In this document: positions 49,412 to 62,400 of the stretch, one piece after another
Position numbering within the stretch: position 1 is the first letter of the stretch
Layout: each line of letters starts with the position of its first letter
NCBI GenBank assembly: GCA_965204375.1
Contig: OZ241986.1
Span: 4,576,001 to 4,640,000, forward strand
Reading direction: 5' to 3'
Length of the DNA stretch: 64,000 nucleotides
Source: Candidatus Latescibacterota bacterium
Lineage (GTDB): Bacteria; Latescibacterota; UBA2968
Program-made: the position numbers and the translations under genes
The notes under the pieces: model-generated
What the model saw: the letters and a program-made list of their open reading frames with translations, nothing else
Databases searched by the model: none
Told to the model about the DNA's origin: nothing

Positions 49412-52255
49412 TCACGGAATTGGAATATCGAGACCAAAAGTCTGGGCGAGCCACTGATAGTAAAAGCGCTGCGCGGTATCTCGCAGAATCCGGTCTTTCC
49501 AGCCAGCGGCAAGACGTTCGACCTCGACAGTTTCGCCAGCCATACACAGCGCGTAAAGATACAGGTATCGCAACGTCGGATCGGAAGACTGAGCGCGCTG
49601 GTAATACTGTGCGGCAAGGGTATAGTCGCGCTCCGCCAGAGCGCGTGCAGATAGGTAGGGAAGGAAAGGCGTCTCCTCATCGCCTTTTTTCAGGCGGGTA
49701 TCAACCGCATAGAGCAAATCGTCTTGAATCTGGAGATGCCACAGCGGGAGCGTCCGCAGATCGGTCTGAGAGAGAAGCGTGTGAAGCGTAGCGATGCGCG
49801 TGCCCTGATCGCGCGTTTCGTCGGGCCGGGAAATTAGCGAAGCCTCGAGAAGGCGCTGTGCCTCAAAATAATCGAGCGTGCGCATCCGCATGCCAGAGGG
49901 CCAGGCATGGCGAATAAAAGCACTCTTTTCAAAGCGCTCGCGGGTGATCAGGGGATTCATCCACCGATCGTAAAATGCCCGATGGGGTTCGCGGTTAAAA
50001 AAACCTACGGAAAGGCGTTTGGGATAATTATCCACCAGCGGTGGCGTCTCGCGCGTGAGCGCGTTGAGGTGGTCGGCATCAGACATAAAAAGAGCACCGA
50101 GTTGCTCGGGACGCTCCAGACCGAGGGCGAGAAGTTCGGAACGCACGACCGGATCGCGCCACTGTCGGCTAAACGAAACTTCAGATGGGGAATAGGAGGC
50201 ATCGCGAGAGCCGGCGAGCATCCAGTTAAAACCCGCCCCAGCCCAAAGAGAGGCGTCCTCAAAAACATTGCAAAAGGCGCGGATAATGGCCTTTGTATCC
50301 TCGGGTTTGAGATGGTGAACCGGGAGCCAGTACGTGCATAAGCCGCCTTCTGAGAGGCGGTCATAGATGAGTTGGAAATACTCCTGCGAATAGAGATTGA
50401 CCACGCCGGCCTGCCTCGGTGGCGGGGGTTCGCTGGTAATGAGATCGTAACGGTTTTGCGTCGTCTGCAAAAAATAACGTCCATCGTCAATATGCACGCG
50501 CACCCGGGGATCCTTAAGAGGCTGTGTATCCGGATCGGGATACACAATGCGATTCATCTCGAGCACATCGCGGGAGATATCGACCACGTCAATATGTTCG
50601 AGCGATTGCGTATCCGTAAGCGCTTTGGCTGTAGAACCCACCCCAAAGCTGATCAGCAGTGCATTTTTGAGATCGGGATAGAGAGCCACGGGCCAGTACA
50701 CATAGAGCTTCATATAGCGGCGATTGACCAGACTGCTGGACGCCATCGAAAAGCCATCCGTGAGCATCTGGTATGCAACCGGCACGCCAAAATAAGCACC
50801 TTCCAAATAGATAATCGTCTCCGTGCGCCCTTCGCGCGTACCGGCGATTTTCCATGTATCGGGATAGCCAAAGCGCTGTGCGACAAAGGTGAAGTACGCG
50901 TTCTCCATTCGGCCAAAGGGAAAAAGGATCAGAACCAGTAGATACGCGGCAAAGAGGAGGTAATACACCCGGTACTCCCGGCACAGACTTGAAACGAGCA
51001 AAGCGACAACGCCGTAGCAAAGAGCCAAAATAAAAATTGCGATCTCCATGCCCAAAAGCGGCAACAGCCCAAAACCTGCAATAAGCGCACCCAGACCAGC
51101 ACCGATGGTATTGGCGAGCGTGAGCAAGCCAGCGGCCCGGGTATCGGGCTGGATGTGGCGATTGAGCGCGGCACCGGTGAAAGTGAACAGAACGCCCGAA
51201 AGAAGGGATACGGGAAACATCAATGCCAGAGATAGCGTCAGGATCTGCGATAGATTACCAATATACCCCGTTCCAAAAGGCGTCACCACATAGACAAAGG
51301 TCAGGTAAGTAACAACGGTGAGCATCCCGGAACCGAGGGCGAGGGCGGGAAGCACGCGAAATGCCCCGGCATTATAGCGCAGCCATCGGGCGGTCAACCC
51401 ACCTCCCACGCCAATACCCGTGAGCACCACAGACAGCATCACGGCAAAAGCAAGCGTCGTCGCTGGCACAAAAAGATGGAGAAAGCGGAACCAGACCACC
51501 TCCAGCGCCAGAAGAACAGCACCCGAGAGAAAAGCAGCACCTAGCAAGCACCAGGCCCGGAAGGTTGGTCGCCCATCCGATTTTGGGGAAAGAGCCTCGC
51601 GCGCGCCAGAGAAATAGCGCGCAATACCCAGAGCACCCCCAGCGGCGATGAGATCCAACAGCGCAGCGACCCACGCCGTGCCCAAGACCCCAACCCATTC
51701 AATGATGGCAACCTCTCCCGCGACCGCGCCGACCACGGCACCCAGCGTATTACACGCATAGAGCCGACCGAGCGCGATCCCAAAACCACCTTCATCGTTA
51801 GATATAGAAGCGTCATTGCGCACGCGCAGTGCTCTGACTAAAATGGGCAGGGTAGCCCCCATCGCAGTAGTCGGCACGATGAGAACGGCAAAACTCAGCA
51901 GCAGACGCAACGCGTTGAGCAACAGGGGTTGGCCGAGAAAAGATGCGAGAAAAACCGACAACCCTGCAGTAAGCGCGGGCAATATCCAAACGATAACCAC
52001 GCCCGACAGGGCAATGGCAATTTCCAACAACGCGTACACGCGCACGGGACGCGCGACGCGCCTCCCCAAACGCGCAGACAGCCCATTGCCCAGAGCCAAA
52101 CCGCCCATAAAAGCGGCCAGCACCAGACTGGAAGCCGTAATACTATTGCCAAAAGTAAGCCCTGCCTGGCGAAACCACAGCGTTTCAAACAGCAGAGCGG
52201 CTGCACCGGAAAGAAAGAAAACCGCGTACAGGATGGGGGATAAAATACGAATCAT
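49412..52255 (-). CDS. Fused MFS-like/spermidine-synthase-like membrane protein
   Basis: FFLSGAAAL..E..W, LYACNTLGA, ISFGVGST, DDGRYFL, YDLITSEPPPP. Confidence 0.85.
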   Translation of the reverse strand: MIRILSPILYAVFFLSGAAALLFETLWFRQAGLTFGNSITASSLVLAAFMGGLALGNGLSARLGRRVARPVRVYALLEIAIALSGVVIVWILPALTAGLSVFLASFLGQPLLLNALRLLLSFAVLIVPTTAMGATLPILVRALRVRNDASISNDEGGFGIALGRLYACNTLGAVVGAVAGEVAIIEWVGVLGTAWVAALLDLIAAGGALGIARYFSGAREALSPKSDGRPTFRAWCLLGAAFLSGAVLLALEVVWFRFLHLFVPATTLAFAVMLSVVLTGIGVGGGLTARWLRYNAGAFRVLPALALGSGMLTVVTYLTFVYVVTPFGTGYIGNLSQILTLSLALMFPVSLLSGVLFTFTGAALNRHIQPDTRAAGLLTLANTIGAGLGALIAGFGLLPLLGMEIAIFILALCYGVVALLVSSLCREYRVYYLLFAAYLLVLILFPFGRMENAYFTFVAQRFGYPDTWKIAGTREGRTETIIYLEGAYFGVPVAYQMLTDGFSMASSSLVNRRYMKLYVYWPVALYPDLKNALLISFGVGSTAKALTDTQSLEHIDVVDISRDVLEMNRIVYPDPDTQPLKDPRVRVHIDDGRYFLQTTQNRYDLITSEPPPPRQAGVVNLYSQEYFQLIYDRLSEGGLCTYWLPVHHLKPEDTKAIIRAFCNVFEDASLWAGAGFNWMLAGSRDASYSPSEVSFSRQWRDPVVRSELLALGLERPEQLGALFMSDADHLNALTRETPPLVDNYPKRLSVGFFNREPHRAFYDRWMNPLITRERFEKSAFIRHAWPSGMRMRTLDYFEAQRLLEASLISRPDETRDQGTRIATLHTLLSQTDLRTLPLWHLQIQDDLLYAVDTRLKKGDEETPFLPYLSARALAERDYTLAAQYYQRAQSSDPTLRYLYLYALCMAGETVEVERLAAGWKDRILRDTAQRFYYQWLAQTFGLDIPIP

Positions 52256-52464
52256 AAAAATCAAACAACGCCTTTCCAAACATTCTGTCAAGGGCTACCC
52301 GTGATTTTTGTTTTTCTATTTTCGTCAAACGTTAATATAAAAATGTTCTTGCACGACTTTCTATAACTGCATAACATGGCACGCTCGTCCTCGACGCGAA
52401 ACTATTTTGTGGCGTGCGGCACTACGTGCCATTCTTTAGTACTAATACCATTGGAAACCCTGCT

Positions 52465-53391
52465 ATGAATAACGTGTGGGAAGTACCCGAGCCTCTTTCG
52501 ACCTGCGAAGTCCAGCTCGACGACAATACCGTCACCACTCTGCGGCGGCATGGAAATCCCGAAGGCCCCCGACTCGTTCTGAGCCACGGCAATGGCCTCG
52601 CAATAGACCTCTATTACCCTTTCTGGTCACGGCTCGCCGATGATTTCGACCTCATCATCTTCGACCTCAGGAACCACGGCTGGAATACCGTTGGTTCACG
52701 CGAAAAACACAATATCCCGACGCTGGTCCGCGACCAACTCTGTATTTTTGAATCCATTGACCGTCACTATGGGAATAAACCAAAAACCGGTATATTTCAC
52801 TCTGCTTCCGCACTGATAACCCTCCTATCATTAACGGCTATGGCAGACCTGTGGTCGTCCGCCCAAAGCAGCCATTTATCGGCGATGATTTTATTTGATC
52901 CCCCTTTGTGCAAGCCCGGCAATAGCCAGATAGAATTCGATAAGGCCATCGAACACGCAGCCGCAACTACCCGCCGCCGCGGGTATTTGTTCCAAACAGA
53001 AGAGGATTTTGCAGAACTCCTCAGCTATCTGCCCGGCTTCTCACGCGTCGTTCCCGGGGTTCGGGAACTCATGGCGCGAACAACACTTCGAAAGTCTGCT
53101 TATGAACAGGGTTACGAGCTTCGGTGTCCTCGCGACTACGAGGCGCAGATCACTGATTATTTCAGGAGTTTTTCTGCATTGACGGATTTTGAAACACTGT
53201 CTTGTCCCACAAAGGTCATCGGAGCCGACCCCACCTTGCCCTATGCATTTCTGCCGACCATTGACCTTGGTGACATTCTAACTGTAGATTACGATTTCGT
53301 ACCAGAAGCAACACATTTTCTTCAATTGGAAAAACCAGCGAAATGCGTTGATATGGTCCGGGAATTTCTCGAGATTAATCGCCTGTTGTAA
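52465..53391 (+). CDS. Alpha/beta hydrolase of the sup cluster (SupD/E-like)
   Basis: LSHGNG, FDLRNHG, FHS nucleophile elbow, THFLQLE; directly upstream of the PKS. Confidence 0.8.
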   Translation: MNNVWEVPEPLSTCEVQLDDNTVTTLRRHGNPEGPRLVLSHGNGLAIDLYYPFWSRLADDFDLIIFDLRNHGWNTVGSREKHNIPTLVRDQLCIFESIDRHYGNKPKTGIFHSASALITLLSLTAMADLWSSAQSSHLSAMILFDPPLCKPGNSQIEFDKAIEHAAATTRRRGYLFQTEEDFAELLSYLPGFSRVVPGVRELMARTTLRKSAYEQGYELRCPRDYEAQITDYFRSFSALTDFETLSCPTKVIGADPTLPYAFLPTIDLGDILTVDYDFVPEATHFLQLEKPAKCVDMVREFLEINRLL

Positions 53392-53417
53392 AACCCGTGC
53401 GAACATGGAGGTGTCAC

Positions 53418-56400
53418 ATGAAGCCGGATAAATCAGACCAACCAATAGCGATCGTAGGTATGGCGTGTCGATTTCCCAACGCACCGAATATCTCTGCCTT
53501 CTGGCGTCTGCTCGAAGCCGGTCAGAACGCCGTGACGGAAGGTTCTCCAGGCTCTGGCGTCGGCCGCGTGGGTACGCTCTTCCCAGACGCTGAGGTGCAG
53601 AACGACGCCTGCCGTTTCGGTGCCTTCGTCGATGACATCGACCTGTTCGACGCCACCTTCTTCCGCATTTCGCCAGTCGAAGCGCAACTGCTGGATCCCC
53701 AGCAGCGGATGATGCTGGAGACGAGCTGGCAGGCGCTCGAGGACGCGGGGATAGATCCGGATCGGCTAAAGGGTAGCCGCACCGGTGTGTACGCGGGAAT
53801 CAGCAACAACGATTATCGGGGCGTAATCTTGGGATCCAGCAGAACTGCCGAGCCTTCCGCCAGCCTCTTCTCTGTCGCGGGCACCTCTCTGAACACAGCC
53901 ATAGGTCGAGTAGCCTTCGCACTGGGTCTTGGAGGACCGGCAATGGCGGTAGATACCGCCTGTTCGTCGTCGCTGGTTGCGACGAACCAGGCGGTTGCTG
54001 AATTGCAGCAGGGCAAAGCGGATCTGGCACTGGCGGGCGGGGTGCAGGCGATCCTTTCCGGGCGGCTAACCGAACTGCGGGGAAATGCCGGGATGTTGTC
54101 GCCAGACGGGCAATGCAAGGCGTTTGATGCGTCTGCGAATGGCTTCGTGCGAGGTGAAGGCTGCGGAATTGTGGTCCTCAAACGGCTGAGCGAAGCAGAG
54201 GCCGATGGCGATCACATCTGGGGCGTCATCCGAAGCACCGCGGTAAACCAAGATGGCGCGAGTACAGGCCTGACGGTACCAAACGGTCCGGCACAGGAGC
54301 GCGTGATCGAAGAGGCACTATCGCGGGCGGGAATTCTGCCATCGGAAGTCGATTATGTGGAGGCACACGGAACGGGCACAGAGGTGGGCGACCCCATTGA
54401 GATAAACGCGACAGCAGCGGTGTACGGCAGGGGACGCGACGCGGACAACCCGATACTCGTCGGCTCGGTAAAAACAAATATCGGTCATCTGGAGCCAACC
54501 GCGGGGGTTGCGGGCCTGATCAAGACCGTACTCTCGATGAAGCAGGGCGTGATCCCAAAGCATCTGCACTTCGAGAATCCCAATCCGAACATGGACTGGG
54601 ATCGACTACCTCTGCGAGTGACTTCCGAGGCAATGGACTGGCCGCTCAACGCCGAACGACCACCGATTGCGGGAGTGAATTCGTTCGGATGGTCGGGCAC
54701 AAACGCGCATGTCATAGTGGAGGGGTACGGAACACCAAAAAGCAGTGATGAAGAGTATTTACCCGTGGGATCCGCACGGCCTGTTGCCATTTCTCTACCG
54801 AAGTCAGTGCTGCCGCCGGAGGAAGAAATCGGCGCGCGCAGGACGCGATTGCTGCCGCTATCGGGAAAATCCGATGAAGCGCTTCGAGACCTGGCGGGGC
54901 AGTATCTGAAACGCGGTTTTGCTTCCGAAGATGAAGCCAGGCTTGCCGACATGGCGTGGACAGCCGGCGTGGGACGAAGCCATTTCCCTCACCGCGCGGG
55001 CATCGTATTCAGCGATGGCGCATCGCTGCGCGAGAGCCTGAGTGCACTCGCAGAGATCAGCACGAGACCTGCACCGCAAACGCCCTCCAAAATCGCATTT
55101 GTATATACCGGACAGGGTAGCCAGTGGATCGGCATGGGCGAAAACCTGTACCACACCGAACCAGTGGTGCGCGCAGTGCTGGACCAATGCGACGCCGTAC
55201 TGCGGGAAGCGCGAGGCACCTCATTGCTCGATGTGATGTTCGGACGCGCAGGTGATTTATCCGACCAAGCGTGGACACAACCAGCTATTTTTGCCATAGA
55301 ATGCACGCTGACGGCGCTCTGGAAAAGTGTGGGTATTACACCCAGTGTGGTGCTCGGACACAGTCTTGGAGAACTGGCAGCGGCACAAGCCGCGGGTGTA
55401 TTTAGCATAGAAGAAGGTGTGCGATTTGCCGCGGCGAGAGGTGAACTGACAGCGACACTGCCCGGTGGTGGGGCCATGGCGGCCATTTTTGCGGATGTGT
55501 CACAGGTAGAATCAGCCCTCAACGAACTCAACGCAGCTTCCACAGGCGTGGGACTGAGCATGGCGGCATACAACGGCGCGCATCAGGTGGTGAGCGGTCC
55601 CGAAGAAAAAGTCGAGGCGATCTCCGAGCACTTCCTCGCGCAGGACATTCGGGTCAGCCGCTTGCGCACCACGCACGCATTCCACAGTGCATTGGTAGAA
55701 CCGATGCTGGACAAACTGGATGCCATAGTCTCAGAGATCGCGGTCGCATCCCCATCGCTCACCCTGGTGAGCAATGTGACGGGTCAGGTGCTGGAAACGG
55801 GAAAACGTCAGGATAGTGCGTATTGGCGTCAGCACACGCGAAAGCCAGTGGCATTCGCGCCAAGCATCGAGACATTGGCTGGGCTGGGCGTCGATCTCGT
55901 CATTGAAGTCGGTCCGCACGCCGTGCTGAGTACAATGACGACCCTGTCGTGGCCAGACACGGCAGAGGGTCCTCCTGTTGCGCTACCGAGCTTATTGCGC
56001 CCCTCGTCCAAAGTGTCGCAAGCAGAAGCCGACCGCGCATTTACAGCGGCGGTTGCAAAAGCTTATGAAGCGGGTCTTTCCGTGTCCTTTGCCGGACTGT
56101 TCGCAGGTGAAACCCGGCGCCGCATTTCGCTGCCGAGCTATCCTTTCCAGCGCGAACGCTACTGGGTCGAAGCGCCGAAACGACGGCGGCAGATCGCCGG
56201 CCATCCCCTCCTGGGCGAGAGGCATGAATCCGCCAGCGGCGAGATCGCGTTCGAGACCGAAGTACTCCCCTCGGATCCGACTTGGCTGAACGATCACCGG
56301 GTATTCGGCCGTGTCATAGCCCCGGGCGCGCTCTATGGGGCGATGGCGATATCGGCATCCATGGCTGAGGAAAGCGGATCGATGGTCATCGAGGAAATGC

Positions 56401-59400
56401 AACTGCACAACGCGCTGATCTTCCCGGAGGAGAGTGCGGATAACGATGAAGGCGGGGGCCGAGAAATGCAGGTTCTGCTCGAGGCTCCGGGGGAGGAGCC
56501 TTCGCGCCTCGTTCGAATATTCAGCAAAGGAGAGGCCGAGGAGGATTGGACGCTGCACGCGGAGTGTCGCGCGCCATCGGATACCAACGCGCAGCAAGCC
56601 TCTGAGCAGGTGAATCTGGAAAGCCTGAAGGCCGGTCTGTCGCCCGAGGACGTGCCGGCGTTTTACCGCGCCAAGGCGGGCGTCGGGATCGATCTCGGCC
56701 CATCGTTCCGCACGCTGAGGATGGTCTGGTCCCGGGCGGGCGAGGCGTTGGGAGAAGTGTGTTTCCCCGAGGCTCTCGGCGGGAACGATCTCGACGTACA
56801 CCCGCTCCTGCTCGACGGTTGCTTTCAGGTGATGGGAGCCGCGCGCAATCCGGGTGGAGCCGAAGACGGAATCACCTATCTGCCGTTCGGCTGGGAGCGG
56901 CTGTGGCTGCCGGATCGGCTACCGGATCGGTTTCTCTGCCACATGCGCATGCGGGAGGCTTCGAAGAATCGGGAACCGGATGCCGAAACCGGTGGGTCGC
57001 CGGAGGTCTTTGTAGGGGATTTCCTTCTCTACGACCAGAGTGGGGTCCTGATCGGCGAATTGAGCGGATTCATGGTGAAGCGTGCGACGCGGGCGGCGCT
57101 GCTCTCGGCAGTGGAAGGGGTTCAGGAACTGCTCTACGAGGTCATGTGGCGCGAAAGCACCCTTGCGCCGGGACTGCTGCCAGCGGATTTCCTCCCGAGT
57201 CCGGGAGAGGTTGCGGACCGGTGGGAGCTGTTCTCCGACTACCTGGCGGCGGAAGGAGTCGATGCCGGATTGAGGCCCGCCTGGTTGGCGGACCTCTCGT
57301 GCATGGCGCGGCATTTTGCGCTCTCTGCCCTGGAGAAACTCGGATGGGAGAGAAAGGCGGGCACCGCCGTGGACTCCGAAGATTTGCGGCAGCGCCTGGG
57401 GGTCCTGGATGAACACAGCCGTCTGTTCCGCCGGATGCTCGAGATATTGGCTCGCGCAGGCGTTCTGGAGGCGGCGGGCGAAGGTTTTGTCGTTGCCGTA
57501 GGGGCCGGAGAGCCGCTGCCAGAAGGAATTCCGGGCAATCCCGAGCAGTTCGCGGCACAAGTGAACGAGCGTTACTCGTATGCTTCAAGCGAGATCGGGA
57601 TTTTTCGCAGAAGCGCGGGTGCCCTGGCGGAAGTGCTTCGCGGCGAAGAGGATCCGCTGTCGCTTCTCTTCGGCAGCGGAGAACCCAGCGCCGCGGATCT
57701 CTATTTCAAGGCACCGATATATCGAGCGTCGAACCGGATGTTGGGAGACGCGGTGCGCACACTTGTAGCCGGGTTGCCCGAAGGACGGCGCTTGAGGGTG
57801 ATTGAGGTCGGGGCGGGTACCGGATCGGCGACCGAATCCGTCCTGCCGGAGCTTCCCGAAGGGCGGTACGACTACATGTACACGGATATCTCGGCGGGTT
57901 TCTTCGCGCAGGCAGAGGGGTTGTTCGGCGATGAGTGTATCGAGTACCGGGTGCTGGACATCGAAAAAGACCCCGTAGAGCAGGGATTCGACCCCCACGG
58001 TTATGACTTGTTGATTGCGTCCAATGTGCTGCACGCCACGCGGTACCTGGAGGAGACGCTAACGCACTGCCGGAGCCTTCTCGCGCCGTCGGGACATCTC
58101 GTGGCACTCGAGAACCTTTGCGGCCAGGATTGGCTGGATATGACTTTCGGACAATTGGACGGCTGGTGGCGGTTCTCCGACGACTGCCGCCCCACCTACG
58201 CCCTGGCGGGGCCAGACGTATGGCGACAGTCCCTCGGCAGCGTGGGTTTCGAAGGCGTGGAGATTCTGGGACTGGGCGGACCCGACGCCGCCGAGATGCC
58301 GGATAGGGGCGTGATTCTGGCGCAGCTGCCCGAAGAGGTCGCCGAGCAGCGCGGAGTATGGGTTCTGGCGGCGGACCGCGGCGGCGCGGCGGCGGAGCTG
58401 GCCCTGGAGTTGGCGGCGCGCAACCAGACGGTTGTGCTGGCGAGCGATGCAGGTTCGACGGGAGAGGGTCCGGCGGATGAAAAAACTGCTGTCATCCATA
58501 CGTCCCTGGAGATGGAGCACCGAGAATCGTGGCAGTCGCTGCTCGAAGACCTGCCCGGGCATGCGGCACTCAGCGGTGTCGTGCATTTCGCGGCGCTCGA
58601 CGGCCACGGCCCCGATACGACGACTGCTGAAATGGCGGAGAACGTGAAACGAGTGGGAGCAAGCGCATTGGCGCTGGCGCAGGGTCTGGCCGACGCCGAT
58701 GTGACGCCCGAGAAGGGCTTGTGGTTTCTCACGCGGGGCGCGCAGGTGCTGGAGCGCGAACGCGCCGGAGAGCTTGTCGGCGCGACGCTATGGGGTTTCG
58801 GAAAGGTACTGGCCCGGGAAGCATCCCACATGCAGCCGAAGATGATCGATCTGGATCCCGAGCCTACGGCACCGCCGGTAGATCTCGCCAATGAACTGCT
58901 CTATCCCGATACGGAAGACCAAATCGTACACCGCGGCAGCCGACGCCGCGTAGCCCGCCTTGTCCGGACCGGCGAGGGGACGGATAGGATAAACTTGCCC
59001 GAAGAGCCGGGCTGGATGCTGGGGGTCGGCGAGGACGGCGCGATCGCTGACCTGCAGGTGGCGCCGACGCCGCTGGAGTCGAAAGAAGTTCGCGTGGCTG
59101 TCGAGGCCGCCGGATTGAACTTCTGGGATGTGTTCGCGGCACTCGGTTTGATTGACGAGAAATTCCTGGGCACGGAGTTTTGCGGCCATATCATCGAGGT
59201 CGGCTCCGAGGTGGCGAGCGTTGCGGTGGACGATCGCGTCGTGGGATTGGCATTCGGCACCTTCGGGCCGGAGGTGGTGACCCGGGCGGAACTCTTGGCA
59301 CCCGCGCCACCGGATTTGTCCGCTACGGCGCTCGCCTCAATGCCGACGGTGTTCGTGTCAGTCGCGCTGTCTTACGAACTCGCGGGGCTGAAAGCCGGTG

Positions 59401-62400
59401 ACCGCGTGCTGATTCACGCAGGCGCGGGCGGCGTGGGGCTTGCGGCCATCCAGTGGGCGCAGGCGGCGGGAGCGGAAGTGTTCGCGACGGCGAGCGCGCC
59501 GAAACAGGCGTATCTCCGCTCGCTCGGCGTAAAGCATGTGTTCGACAGCCGTCAGACGAAATTCGGGGAGGAAATCCTCAAGGCCACGGGGGGTGCAGGG
59601 GTCGATGTGGTATTGAACAGCCTGACGGCGGAAGGTTTCATCGACGCGAGTCTGGCGTGTCTGGCGCATGGTGGCCGGTTCGTGGAACTGGCGGCGCGGG
59701 ACATTCTGAGCGAGGAAGAGATGGCGGCCGTACGGCCGGACGTGGCCTATTACATCGTGAATCTTCATGCCATGAAGGGGGATGACCCGGCGCGACCCGG
59801 CGCTTTGCTGAGAGATGTCATGAAACGGCTGGCAGCGGGAGAACTAACGCCGCTCATCCACACCAGATGGCCGCTTGCCGAAGCGAGACGGGCCATTGAG
59901 TTCATGCGCGACGGTAGGCACATCGGAAAAATCGCCTTTGCGAATTCGCCGCTCACCAGTGGGCGGTTGCGAGAGGATCGAACCTATCTGGTAACAGGTG
60001 GTCTGGGTGGGATCGGGTGCGTAATGGCCGACTATTTGGCGGATCGCGGCGCGGGTGCAATCGCGCTAAACGGGCGCCGGGCACCGAACCCTGAAGCCGA
60101 AGAGACGATCCGCAGGCTGCGGGAACGAGGCGTGACAGTGCAGGTAGAGATTGCAGATGTGACGGACGCCGATGCAATAGATGAGATGCTGGCGCGGATG
60201 GATGAGACGCTACCGCCGCTGGGCGGCGTAATCCACAGCGTGGGGGTGTTGTCGGACGGTGCGCTCGGGAACCAGAGTTGGGAAAGATTCGAGCAGGTGC
60301 TGTGGCCGAAGGTGCTGGGCGCGTGGCATCTGCATCGCGCGACTGAGGACCGCGATCTGGATATGTTTGTCCTCTTCTCCAGCGTGGCCGGTGTGCTGGG
60401 CAATCCGGGCCAGTCGAACCACGCGGCGGCCAATGCGTTTCTGGATCAACTCGCCGCGCATCGCCGCGCACTCGGACTTCCGGGACAGACCATCGCCTGG
60501 GGCGCGTGGTCGGAACTCGGCGAAGCGGAAGAACAACGGGAACGGATTGCCGAACGGCTGGAAGCGCGAGGAACGGATTGGATAACTCCGCAGCAAGGTC
60601 TCAGGGCATTCGACCAACTGGTGCGCGAGGACGCCGCGACATCCGTCGTGCTGGCAGCCGATTGGTCGTCTTACGAGGAGGGCCTGGAATACCGGATGCC
60701 CCTGCTGGAGGATCTGCTCTCCACCATTTCAGAAGACGAGGCCGACTCGCCTGCTCTGGCGGACGACCTGATGTCCCATCTGGCGGAAACGCCCGCGGCG
60801 GAGCGTGAGGCCCTGTTGGTATCGTTCCTGCAGCAGGAATTACAGGCGGTGCTGAGGTTGCCGACAGCACCCGAGCCCACGGTGGGATTTTTCGATCTGG
60901 GGATGGACTCGCTAATGGCCGTAGAATTGCGAAATCGGCTGAACCGCGCGTTTGCCGATGAGTACGTGGTCCCCAACACTGTGGTATTTGACTACCCGGA
61001 CATCGCCCGTCTCGCCAACCATCTAATTGAGGAACTCGGCGAAGTCAGCACTGTGCCCGCCCCTCCACCCCAGGTGCAACCCGAGCCAGAGCCACAGACG
61101 GAAGTACAGCGCGAGGACAACGGTATTGCGATTGTGGGCATGGCCTGCCGCTTCCCCGGCGCCCCGGATCTTTCCACCTTCTGGCAGCAGCTTGAAGCAG
61201 GTGCGGACGCCGTGACAGATGGACGCCGGGATTCCGGTTCATGGAACGCTCTTGCCAAAGACCTTCCTCCCGAATACGCCGCCTATCGCCGGGGCGGATT
61301 TGTGGAGGAAATTGATCGATTTGACGCGAGATTCTTTCGGATTTCGCCGATTGAAGCGCGCATGATGGATCCGCGGCAGCGCATGATGCTGGAGACGACC
61401 TGGCAAGCGCTCGAGGATGCGGGAATTGATCCAGACAAATTGAGGGGCAGCCGCACCGGGCTATACGCTGGCATCGCCACCAGCGAATACCGGGACCTGA
61501 TGACAGCCAGCGACTACGGCATCAGTTATCTGAGCACTGCCGCGAGCATGACGGTCGGGCGAATTGCTTTCCTTCTTGGTCTGGAGGGACCGACGATACC
61601 GGTGGAACTCAACTGCGCGTCGTCACTGGTCGCAGTGCATCAGGCAGTGATGGGTTTGCGGGAGGGCGAAGTAGATATGGCCCTGGTTGGAGGGACACAC
61701 GCAGTTCTGTCACCTGAATTAACCAAAGAGATGGCGGAGTTGGGGATATTGTCGCGGGAAGGACAGTGCAAAACCTTCGATGCCTCTGCGGATGGCTTTG
61801 TGCGGGGCGAGGGCTGCGGGATGGTCGTCCTCAAGCGGCTGAACGAGGCAGAAGCAGATGGCGACCGCATCTGGGGCGTGATCCGCGGGTCTGCGGTCAA
61901 CCAGAACGGGGCGAGCGCAGGACCCACCGTGCCAAACGGACCGGCGCAGGAGCGGGTAATTGAAGAGGCACTGTCGCGGGCGGGCGTTGCCCCATCAGAA
62001 GTAGATTATCTGGAAGCCCACGGGGGTGCGTCGGAGTTGGGCGACCCGATCGAAGTTCAGGCAGCGGCGGCTGTTTACGGCAAGAACCGCGAAGCAGACC
62101 GCCCGCTTTTGATCGGCTCCGTGAAGACCAACATCGGTCACCTGGAGCCGGCTGCCGGGGTTGCGGCTCTGATCAAGGCAGTACTGGCGATGAAGCGAGG
62201 GGTGATTCCCAAAAACCTGAACTTCAAGAATCCGAGTCCGCATATAGACTGGGACCGGTTGCCGGTGCAGGTAGTATCAGCCCCGACGGACTGGCCGCGT
62301 CATCCCGATCGTCCGCCGCGGGCAGGGGTAAGCGCCTTCGGGATATCGGGCACGAATGCCCATGCTGTCGTAGAAGGGTATGACAGCCCGGATGCAACGC

